Source: Octopus vulgaris (Eukaryota). Taken from it: a stretch of DNA of 64,000 nt. This document shows positions 28,005 through 44,517 of the stretch, in pieces (position 1 is the first letter of the stretch; the number at the start of each line of letters is the position of its first letter). The position numbers and the translations under genes were made by a program. A model generated the notes under the pieces. The model was not told where the DNA came from, did no database searches, and saw only the letters and a program-made list of their open reading frames with translations. The stretch is taken from contig OX597835.1 of the NCBI GenBank assembly GCA_951406725.2, positions 32,116,001 to 32,180,000 on the forward strand. Direction: 5' to 3'.

Positions 28005-28182
28005 ACAAAAGACGAAGGCAGGTGGTGTACGAACAAACAGATGTATTAGTATAGCGCTCAGGAATAGAAATAGAAAAAGTATTTTACGTTTCGAGCCTAC
28101 GCTCTTCGACAGAAAGATACACAGAAAAAAAAGGAGAGAAACAAGGAGAGAAAAAATGCGTGTAATAGCTAACGATCTATAT
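28005..28182 (-). mobile_element. pLTR-like element, A6U hammerhead family, copy 4
   Basis: cttt-CTGTCGA-A-GAGC-gtag-GCTC-GAAACGTA-aaat at 28116-28081. Confidence 0.7.
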
Positions 28183-28419
28183 ATATTGACCTAATGGTTA
28201 GGGTGTCAACATCATGATCGTAAGATTGTGGTTTCGATTCCTGGACCGGCGACGCGTTGTGTTCTTGAGCAAAACACTTCATTTCACTTTGCTCCAGTCC
28301 ACTCAGCCGGCAAAAATGAGTAACGCTGCGATGGACTGGCGTCCCGTCCAGCTCGGGGATACATACGCCATTGAAATCGGGAAACCGGGCCCATGAGCCT
28401 GGTTAGGCGCATTTATTTA

Positions 28420-28466
<47 letters not shown>

Positions 28467-28697
28467 GTGTATGCCTATATCTATGGATTGTGTGCCGAAA
28501 CATATGATTCCGGGTGTTCAGACCCGGTGTGTGGCACCTTCCGCAAGTGTCTTGTACCACAGCCGCGAGTCGACCAAAGCCATATATATATATAAATATA
28601 TATTTGTGTGTGTGTGCGTGCGTGCGCGCGTCTCTGTTTTTGTCCCTCCACCACCGCTTGACGGCCGGTGTGGATGTGTTTACGATTCCGAAACTTA

Positions 28698-29086
28698 GCA
28701 ACTCGGCAGAAACGTTAGCACGCCGGGCGAAATGCGTAGCAGTATTTCGTCTGCGTTACGTTCTGAGTTCAAATTCCGCCTAGGTCGACTTTGCCTTTCA
28801 TCCTTTCGGGGGTTACGCACTGGGGTCGATAGAAATGACTTAAACCGTTTGTCAGTCCTTGTTTGTCCTCTCTGCGTCTAGCTCCGTGTGGGTAGTAAAG
28901 AAATAGGTATTTCGTTTGCTGCTACGTTCTGAGTTCAAATTCCGCCGAGGTCGACTTTGCCTTTCGTCCTTTCGGGGTCGATTAAATAAGTACCAGTTAC
29001 GCACTGGGGTCGATATAATCGACTTAATCCGTTTATCTGTCCTTGTTTGTGTTCTCTGTGTTTGGCCCTTTGTGGGTAGTAAAGAA
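28698..29086 (+). mobile_element. SINE family B, dimeric
   Basis: Two tandem bodies with junction gtagtaaagaaataggtatttcgt. Further copies at about 30183-30380(-), 31245-31690(-), 33401-33570, 61990-62345. Confidence 0.85.
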
Positions 29087-31763
29087 ATCGAAACCTCAAT
29101 CTTACGATCATGATGCTGATGCATAACCACTAAGCCACACACCTAAAAGTGGATATATATAGACAGATATATGAATAGCTAGATAAGTGTAAATAGACAA
29201 ATAAATGGTTATGGAGAGGCAAATGTAGATAGACAAAGCGGTATTTCAACGTATAGATACAGAAAAAAATAGATATGATCAAAGGCGTTGCAGCTGTGAT
29301 CATCCAATCTTTTTAGGGGACGACTTTATCCAGAAGTCTTTTAACAAGCTTAACTAGAGGAAGAAGAGAGTCCAAAGTCTCTCAGTCAAGCTCGAACATT
29401 TATCCGTATTCAAATATAAAAGGGCAACACTTTCATCAGCATATATTAGGATCACATAGGAATCGATAGGTCATATTTAATGTAAATACATTGCATAATG
29501 CAAATTAACCGCCATATTCGTCTAAAGATGGCACCCGTCGTGGACGTACAGTGTTCAAAAACACAAATATATCAGAAGCAGACGATAATGCTAGATACGC
29601 ACCAAATGGTTTGCCTGTTTCGTTGGGCTTTCATTGACGCTGACAATATTCGTTCGCTACTGACATGTTGGTATTTTTAAACAAAGTACGTCCATAAAAG
29701 ATATTATCTCCGATCGAAAACCACTGTTAATTTGTTTCTTTGTAATGTATTTGCATTAAGTCTGATACACAGATGGCAATTTTAATCTAATGCCGCTATT
29801 GTTGCATTTAACGAATTAGAATTGGAGTTTCTAGTATTTAACAATAAGCTTTGATTAAATAAAAATAATACGAGTACTTTAGTTACATAAATGAATATGA
29901 GTGAAGGTGCGTTCGATTCCTGGGCTGAGTGGTATTTCGTATTATTTTAGCAAAACACTTCATTTCATGTTGCTCTCGTTCTCTCAGCTGTAAATGGATA
30001 AACCTGTAACGGAATAGCCTTCTGATCAGAGAGACTGTTGGTCTCTTCGCCTAGCCAGCGGGGTGGCGTCGTTCGAAAACTAAAAGGTGACGCAAAGCGC
30101 ATTGTGATCAGCAATCTATAACGACGTCCGATAGTCTGGTCGACCGCGCGATATGGATATACATACTTTACCATCAGTTAATAATGATTTCAATTTTTGG
30201 CACAAGGCCGGCAATTACAGGGTAGGAAATAAGTTGATTAAATCGACCCCAGCGTTTTAGTGACCCCGAAAGGATGAAAGGCAAAGTCGACCTCGGCGAC
30301 ATTTGAACTCAGAACGTATGGATGGACGAAATAATGTTAAGCATTTCGCCCGGCGGGATAACGATTCTGCCAGCTTCCTCCCTATCATCACTTAATATTA
30401 TGGAATATTTTAAGACGGTAAGCGGGCTCCTCTTTTTAATGGCACTCCTTGGGATTGTTTTCAACTAGTAATTTTTTTTATTATTATTTAGAAACCAATA
30501 ATTCTGTCTTGTAATCTATTTTAATCACATCTTATTAAGCAGACGTTTAACAAAAAGCGTTCCATCCTTGACTACATCGCTGCGTGAGTGAGTGTAAATC
30601 AGAGATTCTAGTTTTTCTAGTACAATGCTTCTCAAAATTTTTAATATCGACCCTTTTCTTTTCCGGATGCTTCTTGGTAACTTCAATCACATCAGCATTT
30701 TAAATGCACTTAACATCAAACGTAAGTTGTTTAATTCCGGTTACGATGTAAAACAGATGACAATATACGACAACTCCGCCCTACTATAAGCAAACACTAA
30801 ATAATTATGGATGGTATATATCCGGTTGTATTTATTTGCGTATTTATATTTCAGTATCCTTTCTTATTGTGGAGGCACATGGCCTAGTGGTTAGAGCAGC
30901 GGACTCGCGTTCGAGGGATAGGGAGTTCGATTCTCAGACCGAGCGATGTGTGTGTTTATGAGCGGAACACCTAATCTCCACGCGGATCCGGCAGAAGGTA
31001 ATTGCGAACTTCTGTTGACACTTACGTGACAAATTTCTCTCACTCTTTCCTCCTGCATCTTGCAGCTCACCTGCGACGCACAGGCATCCCTTCCAGGTGG
31101 GGAACCTATACGCCAAGGAAACCAGGAAACCGGCCGTTATGAGCCAGGCGTGTTCGAGAAGGAACAAACAACCCTTTCTTATTGTTGATGTTACTGTTAA
31201 GGTTATTGTTATTCTTGTGGCAAATAAACAGTTTATTATACTATTGGTTTCAAATCATGACACAAGGACAGAAATTTTGAGGGTGGGGTTAGGCCGAGTA
31301 CATCGACCCCAGTGCTCAACTGGTATTTATTTTATCAAACATTGAAAGGGATGAAGGGCAAAGTCGACCTTGGCAGAATTTGAACTCAGAATATGAAGAT
31401 AGGTGAAACACCGCTAAGCATTTTAACCGGCGTGCTAACAATTTTGCCAGCTCGCCACCTTAGTTTATAATAATAATTTCAGAATCTGATACAAGGCCAG
31501 CAAATTCGTGGGGTGGGGTTAGACCTATTACGTTGACCACAGTGCTCTACTGGCACTTTTTTTTATCGACCCCTAAAGGATGAAAGGCAAAGTCAACTTC
31601 GGCGGAATTTGAACTCAGAATCGGAAGACCTAGGAAATGCTGCTAAGCAGTTTGTCCGGCGGGCTAACGACCCTGCCAGCTCGCCGCCTTACAAATAACA
31701 GTAATGACGGTATTAGGACATATTGGCTATGCTGTTAAGAAACTCGCTTTGCATATATATATG

Positions 31764-32093
31764 TTGATATGTAACTCTAAGCATTTGGTTGTATCATTTT
31801 TAACTATATGTGCCAAAAGCTCCTCAGGCATTTTATGAGCTTATAGAACAAAGATTAACGTATTTCTTGAAAAGATGCATACATAATAGTAATAAGTTTA
31901 AGAAGTCAGATCCTATATATATATAATCTATATATATAATCTATATTTATAGGATCTAACTTCTTAAATATATTATTTTGTAAACATCTTTTGCTCCATA
32001 AGTTCATAAAAACTCTGACGAGGTTCCGCACCATATAGTTAAAAATGATACCTTTCTTAGCATATCACGAAATGCTTAGAATTAAATATCAAC
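31764..32093. repeat. Diverged fold-back (~150-bp arms) with degenerate hammerhead-like motifs
   Basis: gttgatat..ctaagcattt..gtatcatttttaactatatg..aagaagtcagatcctata mirrored by tataggatctaacttctt..catatagttaaaaatgatac..aaatgcttag..atatcaac; CTGACGA...GAAATGCTTA in the right arm. Confidence 0.8.
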
Positions 32094-32499
32094 TGGGGGC
32101 TAGAGCAGAAACATATATGTAGGTTTTTCGCATCTCATATTTCTTTTTGAGCTTTAAAACTTATAGTTTATTTATATTGTTATTTTTAAAAGAAAATTCA
32201 GCACTTTTATATCACACAAATAAATTATTCACAAATCCATCTTTGTCCATTTTCTCTTTCAATACATATATATATATATACATATATATATACATATCGA
32301 TCATATATACGCAACACAAAATACATCAACACACAATCACATCCATACACACACACACACACACACACACATACACAAACGCACACACACACGCACACAC
32401 TCAACTCACACACAAAAGAGTCACATGCAGACAATACAATAATACATATTTGATATCTATTATACCAACATATTGATCTAGTGAGGTGCGTGGGTGTAA

Positions 32500-32630
<131 letters not shown>

Positions 32631-32636
32631 CAATCA

Positions 32637-32668
<32 letters not shown>

Positions 32669-33844
32669 CGCAGATGTAAATTGGCGTGTTTAGAAACACA
32701 AAGCAATATCTTGACGTTTCTTTCCAACCGGAAAATCTATAACCTAAACCAGATCTCGAGGGGAATCTTCTTTCTCATTGATCTTTATATAGCAATCATG
32801 TTTCTTAATCAACCCGTAAATTATTCCTCATATACACATAAGATAATAATTATAGTTTGTTTTTTCTGTCCGTTTTTTTCTTTTTTTTTTTTTTTTCTGA
32901 TTTTGGTCTTTATAGTCTGTTAAGAAAAACGGGATTTGTTCATAAGCAAGCATGCAAATAGATTTAACACATGTCTAATAGCTATCTATCAAGCTATATC
33001 CGTTTGTCTGAACACACAAACACACAGACACACACACTTGCATACATATTTGTGCATAGACATATGTATGCCTACACCTATATATATGTGTGTGTGTGTG
33101 TGTATGTGTGTGTGTATGTGTGTGTGTGTGTGCTTGCTTCTATATATTTCTGATGTAACTGTTAGGTGCTACTTAGGCACTCAACTATGAGTTCATCACA
33201 TTTTAGAGTGGAAACAGCTGTAAGCCTATGAATTAATAAGATAATCGTTTATTCCTTTCTTATCTCTTTTATTATACGTATATCTACTTACATATTTTTC
33301 TATTTTTGGCACACTACATGAAGATGCTAATGCTACCAGTCCAAAGCTCCGCATACAGGATGCTAGCAAGTTTATGTGGCTTATCAGACGAGAATACGAA
33401 GGCGAGCTGGCAGAAACTTTAGCGCGCGGGGCGAAATATTTAGCGGTATTTCGCCTGCCGCTACGTTTTGAGATCAAATTCCGCCGAGTTCGACATTGCC
33501 TTTCATCCTTTCGGGGTCAATTAAATAAGTACCAGTTACGCACTAGGGTCGATATAATCAACTTAATAAGAAGACAATACAAGCCATTTGGGCGGGGATC
33601 ATTGTGCATCAGCCCCCACTCACAGAAATGTGGTCCTGCTTGCTAGATGAAGTCGGTATCAGGTTTCACTCAATATTTTTCTTGGTATTGTTCGTCACTT
33701 TTTGACCAATTCCAATAAGTTTCCTCCTCCTCTGTAGCCTGTATATCACTCATGATGTTAATTACTTTACGATGAATTAGGTCTAGCGGCAAAAGTCTCC
33801 TCTGTGTTCAACGAATCCTCTAAATCTGACCTTCACTGAAAATT

Positions 33845-34985
<1,141 letters not shown>

Positions 34986-34986
34986 T

Positions 34987-35034
<48 letters not shown>

Positions 35035-35127
35035 TTCATCAAAATTTAGATTCAGATGAATATGGTACTTAAGTTAAAGGCACCAGAATTTTGTATGGTA
35101 TTATCCATATAAATCAAATGGGGTGAT

Positions 35128-35305
35128 TATAATCAAAATAAGCCACTAAGATATCCAATGTACAATTATTTCATGCTACTTCATTTTATTAAACACTGTA
35201 AGTATTTTAAAACTGATGTAATACTTATAGTGTTTAATAAAATGAAGCAGCTTGAAACAATTGTACTACACTACCTTGGATATCCTTGTTGCTTATTTTG
35301 ATTAT
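35128..35305. repeat. Fold-back (~80-bp arms, ~13-bp spacer) abutting (TA)n
   Basis: tataatcaaaataagc..gatatccaa..cttcattttattaaacactgtaagtatt mirrored by aatacttatagtgtttaataaaatgaag..ttggatatc..gcttattttgattata. Confidence 0.85.
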
Positions 35306-35631
35306 ATATATATGTGTGTGTGTGTGTATGTGTGTGTGTGTGTGTATTTACACACACCTACATCATTACTATCATCTCGACCGGTATTGGTGTGAATGTA
35401 ATCGACTTACTCCTGTCTTGAAAACTGCTGGTCTTAAGCCAAAATGGGAACGAATATTCAGAAACAACATTTAAATATTATCCTCAGAAGAGGTCATTGG
35501 CGCCGTTATTTCTCGTTTGATTATTCTATATTCAGAGAAAGAAATAAAAGTTTATGTATTACATTATTGTATAGAGATCAAATTTTATCCCATTGAAATT
35601 TGTTAAAACCGAATTGATTAGCAAAGAGCGT

Positions 35632-35648
35632 TAATAATAACAATAATG

Positions 35649-35736
<88 letters not shown>

Positions 35737-35756
35737 TAATAATAATAATAATAATG

Positions 35757-35814
<58 letters not shown>

Positions 35815-35892
35815 TAATAATAATAATAATAATAATAATGATGATGATAATAATGATGATGATGATGATGATGATGATTATGATGATGATGC

Positions 35893-35941
<49 letters not shown>
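35632..35941. repeat. (TAA)n/(TGA)n microsatellite, about 310 bp
   Basis: Directly visible. Confidence 0.95.
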
Positions 35942-36158
35942 TATAGCAATGCAACTAATACTAATTTTATTCCCCTTCGCTTTTATTTGTTTCGTTAATT
36001 TTATGAACTCTTTTAAAGAACGACTCAACTATACAATGGCTAAACAGACTTTCTGATGAAGAAATATTTAAGGTTCCATTAAAATATTTACTAATTACCA
36101 ATTCAAAAACTTTTTCTACCATGACGATGGATGTCGTTGTTGTTGTTGTTGTTGTTGT

Positions 36159-36195
<37 letters not shown>

Positions 36196-37411
36196 AGTGA
36201 TGATGACGTATTGTTATTGTATTGTTTTAGTGTGGATGTTTAAGTAGTATGCGTGGTGGTGATGGTGGTGGTGGTGCTGGTGGTGGTGGTGGTGCTGGTG
36301 CTGGTGGCGGTGACAATGGTGGTGGAGGTGTTTCTGAGGCCATTGTAGGTGGCACCGGCTGTTATGATGGAGGTAGCGATGAGGGTACAGTGGTGGTAAA
36401 TCTGTCATTGTAGTGGTAGAAGCGATTGTAATAAGCATGTTGTTGTTGGTGGTGATGGTGGTAGTGATGGTGGTGGTGGTGGTGGCGGCGGAGGCGGTGG
36501 TCCTCATGGTGTTTAAGGAAGCGCTTTGGTGCTACTGACACTAGTATATATGCTACTACAAGTGTTAGAAATGATGTTGTTAGTGGTAGATGCGATGGTA
36601 TTTCTTGTGGCAGATGATTGTGGTGGCGATGAATTTGGGGGCAGAGTGTTGGCGGTAACCACACTAATGGTATCAAGAATTACAGCTGTAGTATCGATGT
36701 AGTAGAGAAGCGGTAGTCGTGGCTGTCAATATTAAAGTAGCGATGTTTTTTTCTGTCTCTATTCATATAAAACAAAGAGATCGTCGATCATACTCAAAGA
36801 GTCTTTCACAGTGGAACCAAACCGAAATTGCCTGAAAGTGCACAATATTGATATGCTATTCACCTTAATTAACTAATCAACATATTCTAGAACATTAGCA
36901 TTGCACTAAACATTAAGGTTAATTACAGAAATAATTAACAGAATTTACTGACGAATAACGTCACGACGAGATCAAATCCTGTTTGGGTAGGCTTTGTATT
37001 TCTTTCTTCTGGGTTCCAGAGTGAAGCAAGATTAGATAAAGAGTTAACTCAGTTATTATAGCTATGAATGTTGTAGTAATTCATTGCTAGAATACGGTCT
37101 CTTTAAGACGTCGAATGACGGGTAAAGTAGACTTGTATGTCCCACTTCGTTGTTCCACCACATGTTTCTCATATGGTTACCAAATCAAGTCGGACCTAAA
37201 CCCTTTTGCAGTGACATCTACGTGGACTGCTGTATGAAGGAGTGTTTTGCAATAATATTTCTTTTAGAAACCAATGTAATCTCTCTTGTAATCTACGCGA
37301 TCACAGACAATGTAGAGCTGCAAATACATACTGATCAATTTCTAGTGATTGATTTCAGGGTGTTTACAAAACGATTGCATTGTGGATGGATAGATAGATA
37401 GACAGATAGCC

Positions 37412-37494
<83 letters not shown>

Positions 37495-37768
37495 CACATA
37501 CATACATGCATACATACTTACATGCACACACACACTTATATACATACATACACAGATTAATACATTCATAGACACACACATACATACATACATACATACA
37601 TACATACATGCATGCATACATATATACATACATATATTCATACATACTTGCATGCATGCATGCATACATACATACATACATGCATGCATACATACATACA
37701 TACATACGTACATACATGCATACATACATACATATATACATACATACATACATACATACATACATACA

Positions 37769-37801
<33 letters not shown>

Positions 37802-37980
37802 TCATACAAACATAATACATACATATATATCTATTCATATGTGCATATAAATACAAGTATGTCAAATACCATACAATATAAATATTAAAATATTAAAAAT
37901 ATCTCCGTCTCATGTGGATGAATCGTAATTAACAAATATTTAAGAACAGCTCCACTTGAGACGGGAAGATGATCTCAAAA

Positions 37981-38024
<44 letters not shown>

Positions 38025-38026
<2 letters not shown>

Positions 38027-38317
38027 GTTTGACTTTTGCTTTACATTTGCACAAGCTGGCTCCAAGTCTCATCTAGAGACCTCAAGAGACAGCAAGTTGG
38101 AAGTTCATGTTGGTGTTATGCCTAGGGTGCCATAGATTTGGTTTTGTACTTTGTGTTGTACTAGTGAATGCCTAAAAAAAACATGCGAAAATTATGTTTG
38201 TTTTAAAACTTGAGATTACAAAGAAAGTATTTTGCGTAGGATACGAGCAGTTCCCATGAGCACTATCTTTTGAATTTCTGCCATTTTGAGGTTTCCTGGT
38301 ATCTGAGTTAGGTAGCA
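38025..38317 (-). mobile_element. Dong/R4-clade retrotransposon 3' end inside (TAA)n
   Basis: 38317-38216 encodes CYLTQIPGNLKMAEIQKIVLMGTARILRKILSL*, a typical R4/Dong C-terminus; (TTA)n on both sides, the established Dong target. Confidence 0.8.
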
Positions 38318-38337
38318 ATTATTATTATTATTATTAA

Positions 38338-38412
<75 letters not shown>

Positions 38413-38443
38413 CATTATTATTATTAATATTATTATCATTATA

Positions 38444-38509
<66 letters not shown>

Positions 38510-38863
38510 TCTCTCACTCGGCTCGTATGCTACCCTCGAGGCTGGTGCCCGTCTTCTAACTACAGCTAATACTGGAATGGAACTAACTTCGATACTTGGT
38601 TCCGTGTCGCGCTTTACCCTAGACTTTTTTATCTATATATGTGCATATGCGAGCACGTACACACACTCACACTCATATAAATTTATAAACATGTATAATA
38701 TACATACATGTATGTAGACATATATATGTATATATATACACACACACACACACACACATATGTATATATATATATATATATATATATTGCTATTAATTTA
38801 GACATGGCCTGGGCCAATAATGGCCGAAACCTATCAAAGTATCAAAGTATATATATATATGCA

Positions 38864-39103
38864 TACAGGACTGGCCAAAAGTCACTGGATAGTGAAGCAA
38901 AACCCATTTAATTCCAAGATTTATTTATGTTTAACAACTGAATGAATTTAATAAATTAGTTAAAAAGTATCTAAATATTAAAGATCATGAAAATTGTTCA
39001 AACTGAAATTTGCTCAAATTATTGAAAGCACATTTTTCCATTAGTATCAATACTGATTTACAGATAGTATTTATGGAATTTTTATTTACTGTCAACCCTG
39101 CAT
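38864..39103. mobile_element. Possible decayed Tc1/mariner-type MITE
   Basis: TA-CAGGACTGGCCAAAAG terminus and a weak opposite end tgtcaaccctgca-ta. Confidence 0.3.
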
Positions 39104-39582
39104 ATATATATATGCATAGACGCTGACTTACGCGCACAATTACAGACAAGAAAACAATCTACAACATGTAATTCCAACATGTAATTGCAATTTACAACAT
39201 ATAATTTACAACATGTAATTCAAGTACCATGCATAAAACAAAGTCCTATTTGATATCACTACATAACAATCATTTATGTCCGAATTTTTTTGATACTAAG
39301 ATCTCTATTTTCCTAATGTAAAGATGGATAACGTAAATGTTGTTAATTCATTCATTAAAAAAAGGCTATTATCATATATATATTATTTAAATAAGGCTGA
39401 AAAATTTTCACAGGCCATTACCCTGACTTTCACGTGACAGTTCATCAGAAAATTGTATTTCTCATAACTCTTTTGGGAAACTGTGAGTAACAGTTTGTGA
39501 AGATCCTTTCAGCTTTAATAAAATAGCATATTATTCTATCTCTGATACTCGAGTACTATTTTTCTACTTTGTTTTGTAACCA

Positions 39583-39616
<34 letters not shown>

Positions 39617-39664
39617 GCATTATTAAATCTCAGAATGAGATGTAAACAGTAAATCGCTCGATAA

Positions 39665-39866
39665 TGTAAAGTATAGAAGCCATCTTAATATGGCTAACCA
39701 CAAAGGCTTTCGAGAAAGGGATGGCCTCCCTTTGCAAATACTTCAAGGGCACTGAAATGGTGTCTAAAGCCAGCTGGAGACGATGATCTCCTGGGGGCTA
39801 TAAAGCTACAGTAACACCCCCTCCCCTTTGTGGTTAGCCATATTAAGATGGCTTCTATACTTTACA
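39665..39866. repeat. Fold-back: perfect 42-bp inverted repeat, 118-bp spacer, followed by AATAAA and (TA)n
   Basis: 39665-39706 is the reverse complement of 39825-39866. Confidence 0.9.
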
Positions 39867-39870
39867 ATAA

Positions 39871-39934
<64 letters not shown>

Positions 39935-40036
39935 AAATTTATATAAATAAGGATCGTTAATTTAAAAATATAATAACGATTTTATCAAGTGGTCAGCAGG
40001 GAAAAAATAACTTTCAAAGGTAATAATTATAAAAAT

Positions 40037-40207
40037 TATAAATTGGGGTACCTAAGAGATACCACCATGCTGAAAATTGCAGCCATGATCTGACTCTAAA
40101 CTTTGTTTTCTCTCCGTTTTGATATATGGACAATTAACGTAGTTTTAGAGTCAGAACATGGCTGCTATTTTCAGCATGGTGGTATCTCTTAGGTACCCCA
40201 ATTTATA
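40037..40207. repeat. Fold-back: ~65-bp near-perfect arms, ~38-bp spacer, followed by (TA)n
   Basis: tataaattggggtacctaagagataccaccatgctgaaaa... mirrored at 40141-40207. Confidence 0.9.
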
Positions 40208-40225
40208 TATACATATATATATATA

Positions 40226-40712
40226 TACGAGCAAAGCGCCCCCCATCCAATGGACGGTGCTGAGTTGTCAAACATTTAAACCAAATTTTCTCAATACAAC
40301 AAAATTGATTTAACCTAAATTTAAGACACCAGTAAAAGAAGAAATAAAGATGGACTTTTTTTCTATTCCAAAGAAAAACGTTTTTTTTTCACACAAATAT
40401 GCAACCGAAGAGTAATGATAAGACTGGTTTAACCAGTAAGCTTGGCAGGAAAGGAACGTGCATTTAAGCAGTACAAAAACAACAAAAAGTGGAAGGTGGA
40501 GTTATGTACAGGATGACGGAAAAAAAGCAGGACGAAAATGGCTTTATCGATCGCATTCTCACTGGGAATCAATTTTTGTAATTTTTTCAAGACTTATACA
40601 CGCCCTGATACAGTCGGTATCTATATATCAAATTTGAGCGCCATCGGATGGAGGATGCCCGAGATCCTAGAAGACATGCACACAGACAGAACGGATTTTA
40701 TATAATATATAT
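40226..40712 (-). mobile_element. Probable non-autonomous Helitron-like element
   Basis: 3' end CTCGT (CTAG variant) with a subterminal hairpin ccatcc-aat-ggacgg; 5' end tatataaaatccgttctgtctgtg..gatctcgg..ccgat..caaatttg. Confidence 0.5.
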
Positions 40713-41637
40713 ATATGTTCGTTAACTCCACTTAGACTGTTGGTGTAAGGTCAACGAAACTCAAACGGACAACTCCTCTAAACCCAAGAAATGTACTAAG
40801 GGGTCTATTGTTTTAAGGGCCGCCGCCTATTTGCGGTCCCACTGACCTCCCTATTTTTACTTCCTTTTAAAGTAAACACATGGTATTGGCGACCAAATCA
40901 GAGCAATGACAGTGAATTTCATACCATGAACTCCCTGGAGGTATCATAAGGAGGTTCAATTTCTGAAGGGCTGCTTAAATGGGGCCCGCTTACCCCAACT
41001 ATTTTTATTGTATTTACCTCGCCCCTACGCTTATTGATTAAATTATTATCAGCATCAGTGTTTAGCACATTTGCAGAAATAATTTTGGACATTCTAAATA
41101 CCTTCAGGTACATTCAAATCGAGATAATATGTTACAGCATGTATGTTTCAAATGTCGTAGTTTGGACATTTATATTTTGTAGGTTATGAAAATCATGTCT
41201 TGTTGGAAACCTAATCTTCCTGTTCTAGTTACAGTATCCTAAAGTGTTGTCTATAAATGCTAATCACTATAGGATTTCACTATAGGGAGCGTACTTGTGT
41301 GAAACGATCGTAAGATGTTTTAAATACTTAATTCAAACCACTTAAATTGTCATATAGATTATATATCTATACTTATACATATTTACATATATTTTTATAC
41401 ATATTTATATATTTTTAATACAACAATAATTTTTCACGCGTGTATATCTTTCTGGGGAGTTTACTGATATTGATTTCCTAATATTAATAATAATAATATA
41501 TTATCAAAAATATATATATATACTCTCGCTCATATTAAATATATAAATAATTTAATAGTATTAATACTTTGATACAATAGAGCACTCAATATAAATTCAG
41601 TATATAATATTCTCATTGAATATATTTAACTAAAGAT

Positions 41638-41689
<52 letters not shown>

Positions 41690-42245
41690 TATATATCAAA
41701 ATGTAACCACATATGAATCGTTGGCGAATTTCGTCCTCCGTCTTCCTTTTCTATTCGACTTTTCTCTGTTTCTGCTAATACTTTACATGTGCCACGTACT
41801 CGTGTTGTTGTATGTATGTATGTATGTATGTATGTATGTATGTATGTATGTATGTATGTATGTATGTATGTATGTATGTATGTGTGTATGTATGTATGTG
41901 TGTATGTGTGTATGTATGTATGTATGTGTGTATGTATGTGTGCATGTGTGTATGTATGTATGTATGTATGTGTGTACGTATGTATGTGTGTATGTATGTA
42001 TGTATGCATGTATGTATGTATGTATGTATGTATGTATGTATGTGTGTACGTGTGTATGTGTGTGTGTATGTATGTATGTACGTATAGGTATTATGTCCTT
42101 TTTCTTTGAGTTTTATCGAGTTTCTAAGAGTATTCAAACCGGTCGCTAACAGTGGCAAGACTTCGTGTTTGTAAATTTTGTGTGTGTGTGTGTGTGTGTG
42201 TGAAATAGACGATACTTCATATCTGTAAGAAAAAGATACAACGTC

Positions 42246-42403
42246 GAGTGGCGTAACCAGAATCTGCGTGCCCCCAGAGCAACACTCAAGTCTTACGAGA
42301 CAATACAGGCTTATAAATCTAATCCAAATGTGCCGCCTCCATAAAAGCGCCACCTGAAACGAACTACCTCCTTACCATTTCCTCATCCTTATTTATGCTA
42401 CTG
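42246..42403. mobile_element. Possible short hAT-type MITE
   Basis: Ends gagtggcgtaa / ttatgctactg; no clear TSD. Confidence 0.35.
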
Positions 42404-43135
42404 ACCAGGATATAGATGCCCTTACTTAATTCTCAGCGAAAATCTTTATTTACTGGATGGATGGCAGTTTTTAGCTTCTGTCTACCAGCTTCCGGTCACA
42501 TAGTATTTATCAGCCTTGACACAGTGGAATTCTAATAAAAAGCCGTTCCAACAATGCCAAATTCGGCAGTTCTGTGACAACTCTATTCAATACCTACATC
42601 TTTTTTTATGATCGTGGGGCGTATTTTGAGGAAGATTCGGCTGTCACTTCTTGTAGGTGTGTCAACCTTGTAAATGATTCTTAATTATTTTGGTTATTTA
42701 TTTAGTTTTTAAGAAAAATAAAATGGGCTTCAGCAAGATATCAATTTTAAGTTAAGAAGAAATTAAGGAAGTACTTGATCGCATTTAACCCAACACGTTA
42801 CTGTTCCCAAACCTCAATTTCCTTCTTATCTCTTCTGATAAATATAAATATTGCTACCCTGGGGTACGATACCTGAGTTTGTACATCGTTGCTAATATCA
42901 GTTCAAGTGTAAGGTGTTTTATGTTCACCACAGCGGGTGCCCTTATCTCAAAATCAGGACAGTTCATCCTAAATTTTTATGTAGGCGGTCGATTGTCAGT
43001 TTTTTACAGTGAGAGATATTGCGATATTTCTACGGTTTACCTACTAAATTCGAATTTCTCTGAGGTCAGCTTACTTTATGAGAGGCGTGTGGCTTAGTGT
43101 TTGGGACTCATGATCGTAAGATTGTGGTTTCGATT

Positions 43136-43551
43136 CAGGGCCGAGTTGAGACCCATCGATGCCCTAAGTACTTATAAGATTTTGGTGCCCCCATAAAAGA
43201 TTATGTAATTCAAAATATAAACAATGACATGTCATCAAAAAAATTTTTATTTTTCAAAAAGAAATAAAACAGTAAGAGAGAAATTGATGTTTATTTTTGT
43301 ATATTTCCATTTTATTTATATCTGTAAAGTTTTCGCCTACTTTTTTGAATTGCAAACCCTTTAATCAGATCCTCAAAATTAACACATGTTTATCTATACT
43401 TAGTAGAGATAAAGGCATCCTGAATATTATTTTAGCGAGTTTAAAGTAATTTCTTTTGTTCCGTAAACCATTTACCATTTCTGTGGTGCCCCCTCCTTCC
43501 CTTGATGCTCTAAGCACGTCCTTATTTTGCTTAATGGTTAATCCAGCGTTG
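43136..43551. mobile_element. hAT-type MITE inserted in the B box of a family C SINE
   Basis: Ends CAGGGCCG.. / ..ttaatccagcgttg; degenerate 8-bp TSD tttcgatt / cttggatt; the SINE resumes afterwards. Confidence 0.6.
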
Positions 43552-44455
43552 CTTGGATTCCACGATCGGGCGACACGTTGTGTTCTTGAGCAAGACATTT
43601 CACTTCACCAGACTCCAGTTCATTTAGCTGGCATTAATTGAGTAATCTTGCAACGGACCGGCGTTCTGTCCAAATGGGGAACATATATACCATAGAAACC
43701 TGGAACTGGCCTTTATGAGTCTATATGCCAGGAGAAGGAACTTTATCCTTTTTTTTATCCAGTAAACTTCCTTTCTCATCAATTAAGAAACAAATGTACT
43801 GGTGAAGTACTGGAGTCTACCTCTATTAGATCTGCTAGCCTTCATCTGGTTGTTACCATTAAAATGAGGATCCCAGGTAAAAAGACTATGTATAGTCAAA
43901 TGCCAGCATCTTCTTCTGTTAAAAAAATCTCTTAAAATTCATCGAAGAAAGCCTAAAAATGCCCTTAGAGCCAGACGTGATGTTCATGGATGGAATGATG
44001 AGTAAAGCAGCATGGAGTAGACTAATGACGTTTAACTACATTTTTCAATGCCTACCACGGTTTTGCGGTGAGAGTATGCGGTACTTCTATTTTTAAAAAA
44101 ATTCTGAAGAACCTGCTAACGGTGAAAGTTACTATATATTTTTAAATACCATAGATCCATGAACAGTGATACTTTCTTTTCATTGGGGAATGGTACCAGA
44201 TCTCTATTTAACCAACGGATTTGTGAAGCCATATACTTTAAGATAATTGAATGCATATATGGATGTGACTACTGCACATATTTATACATATGTATGTACA
44301 CACACACACATATACACACACAGATATATATATATATATATAAATATATAAATATATAGATCGGTAGATAGCTAGATAGATAGTTGGGCATACCTCTACA
44401 TACATGGCGTGGTGTGGATGTCAGTGTGTACATGCATAAATACATACATACATAT

Positions 44456-44509
<54 letters not shown>

Positions 44510-44517
<8 letters not shown>

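Noticed and set aside
40919-41113. 64-aa non-repetitive ORF
   Set aside because: Short, with no recognisable motif or splice support.
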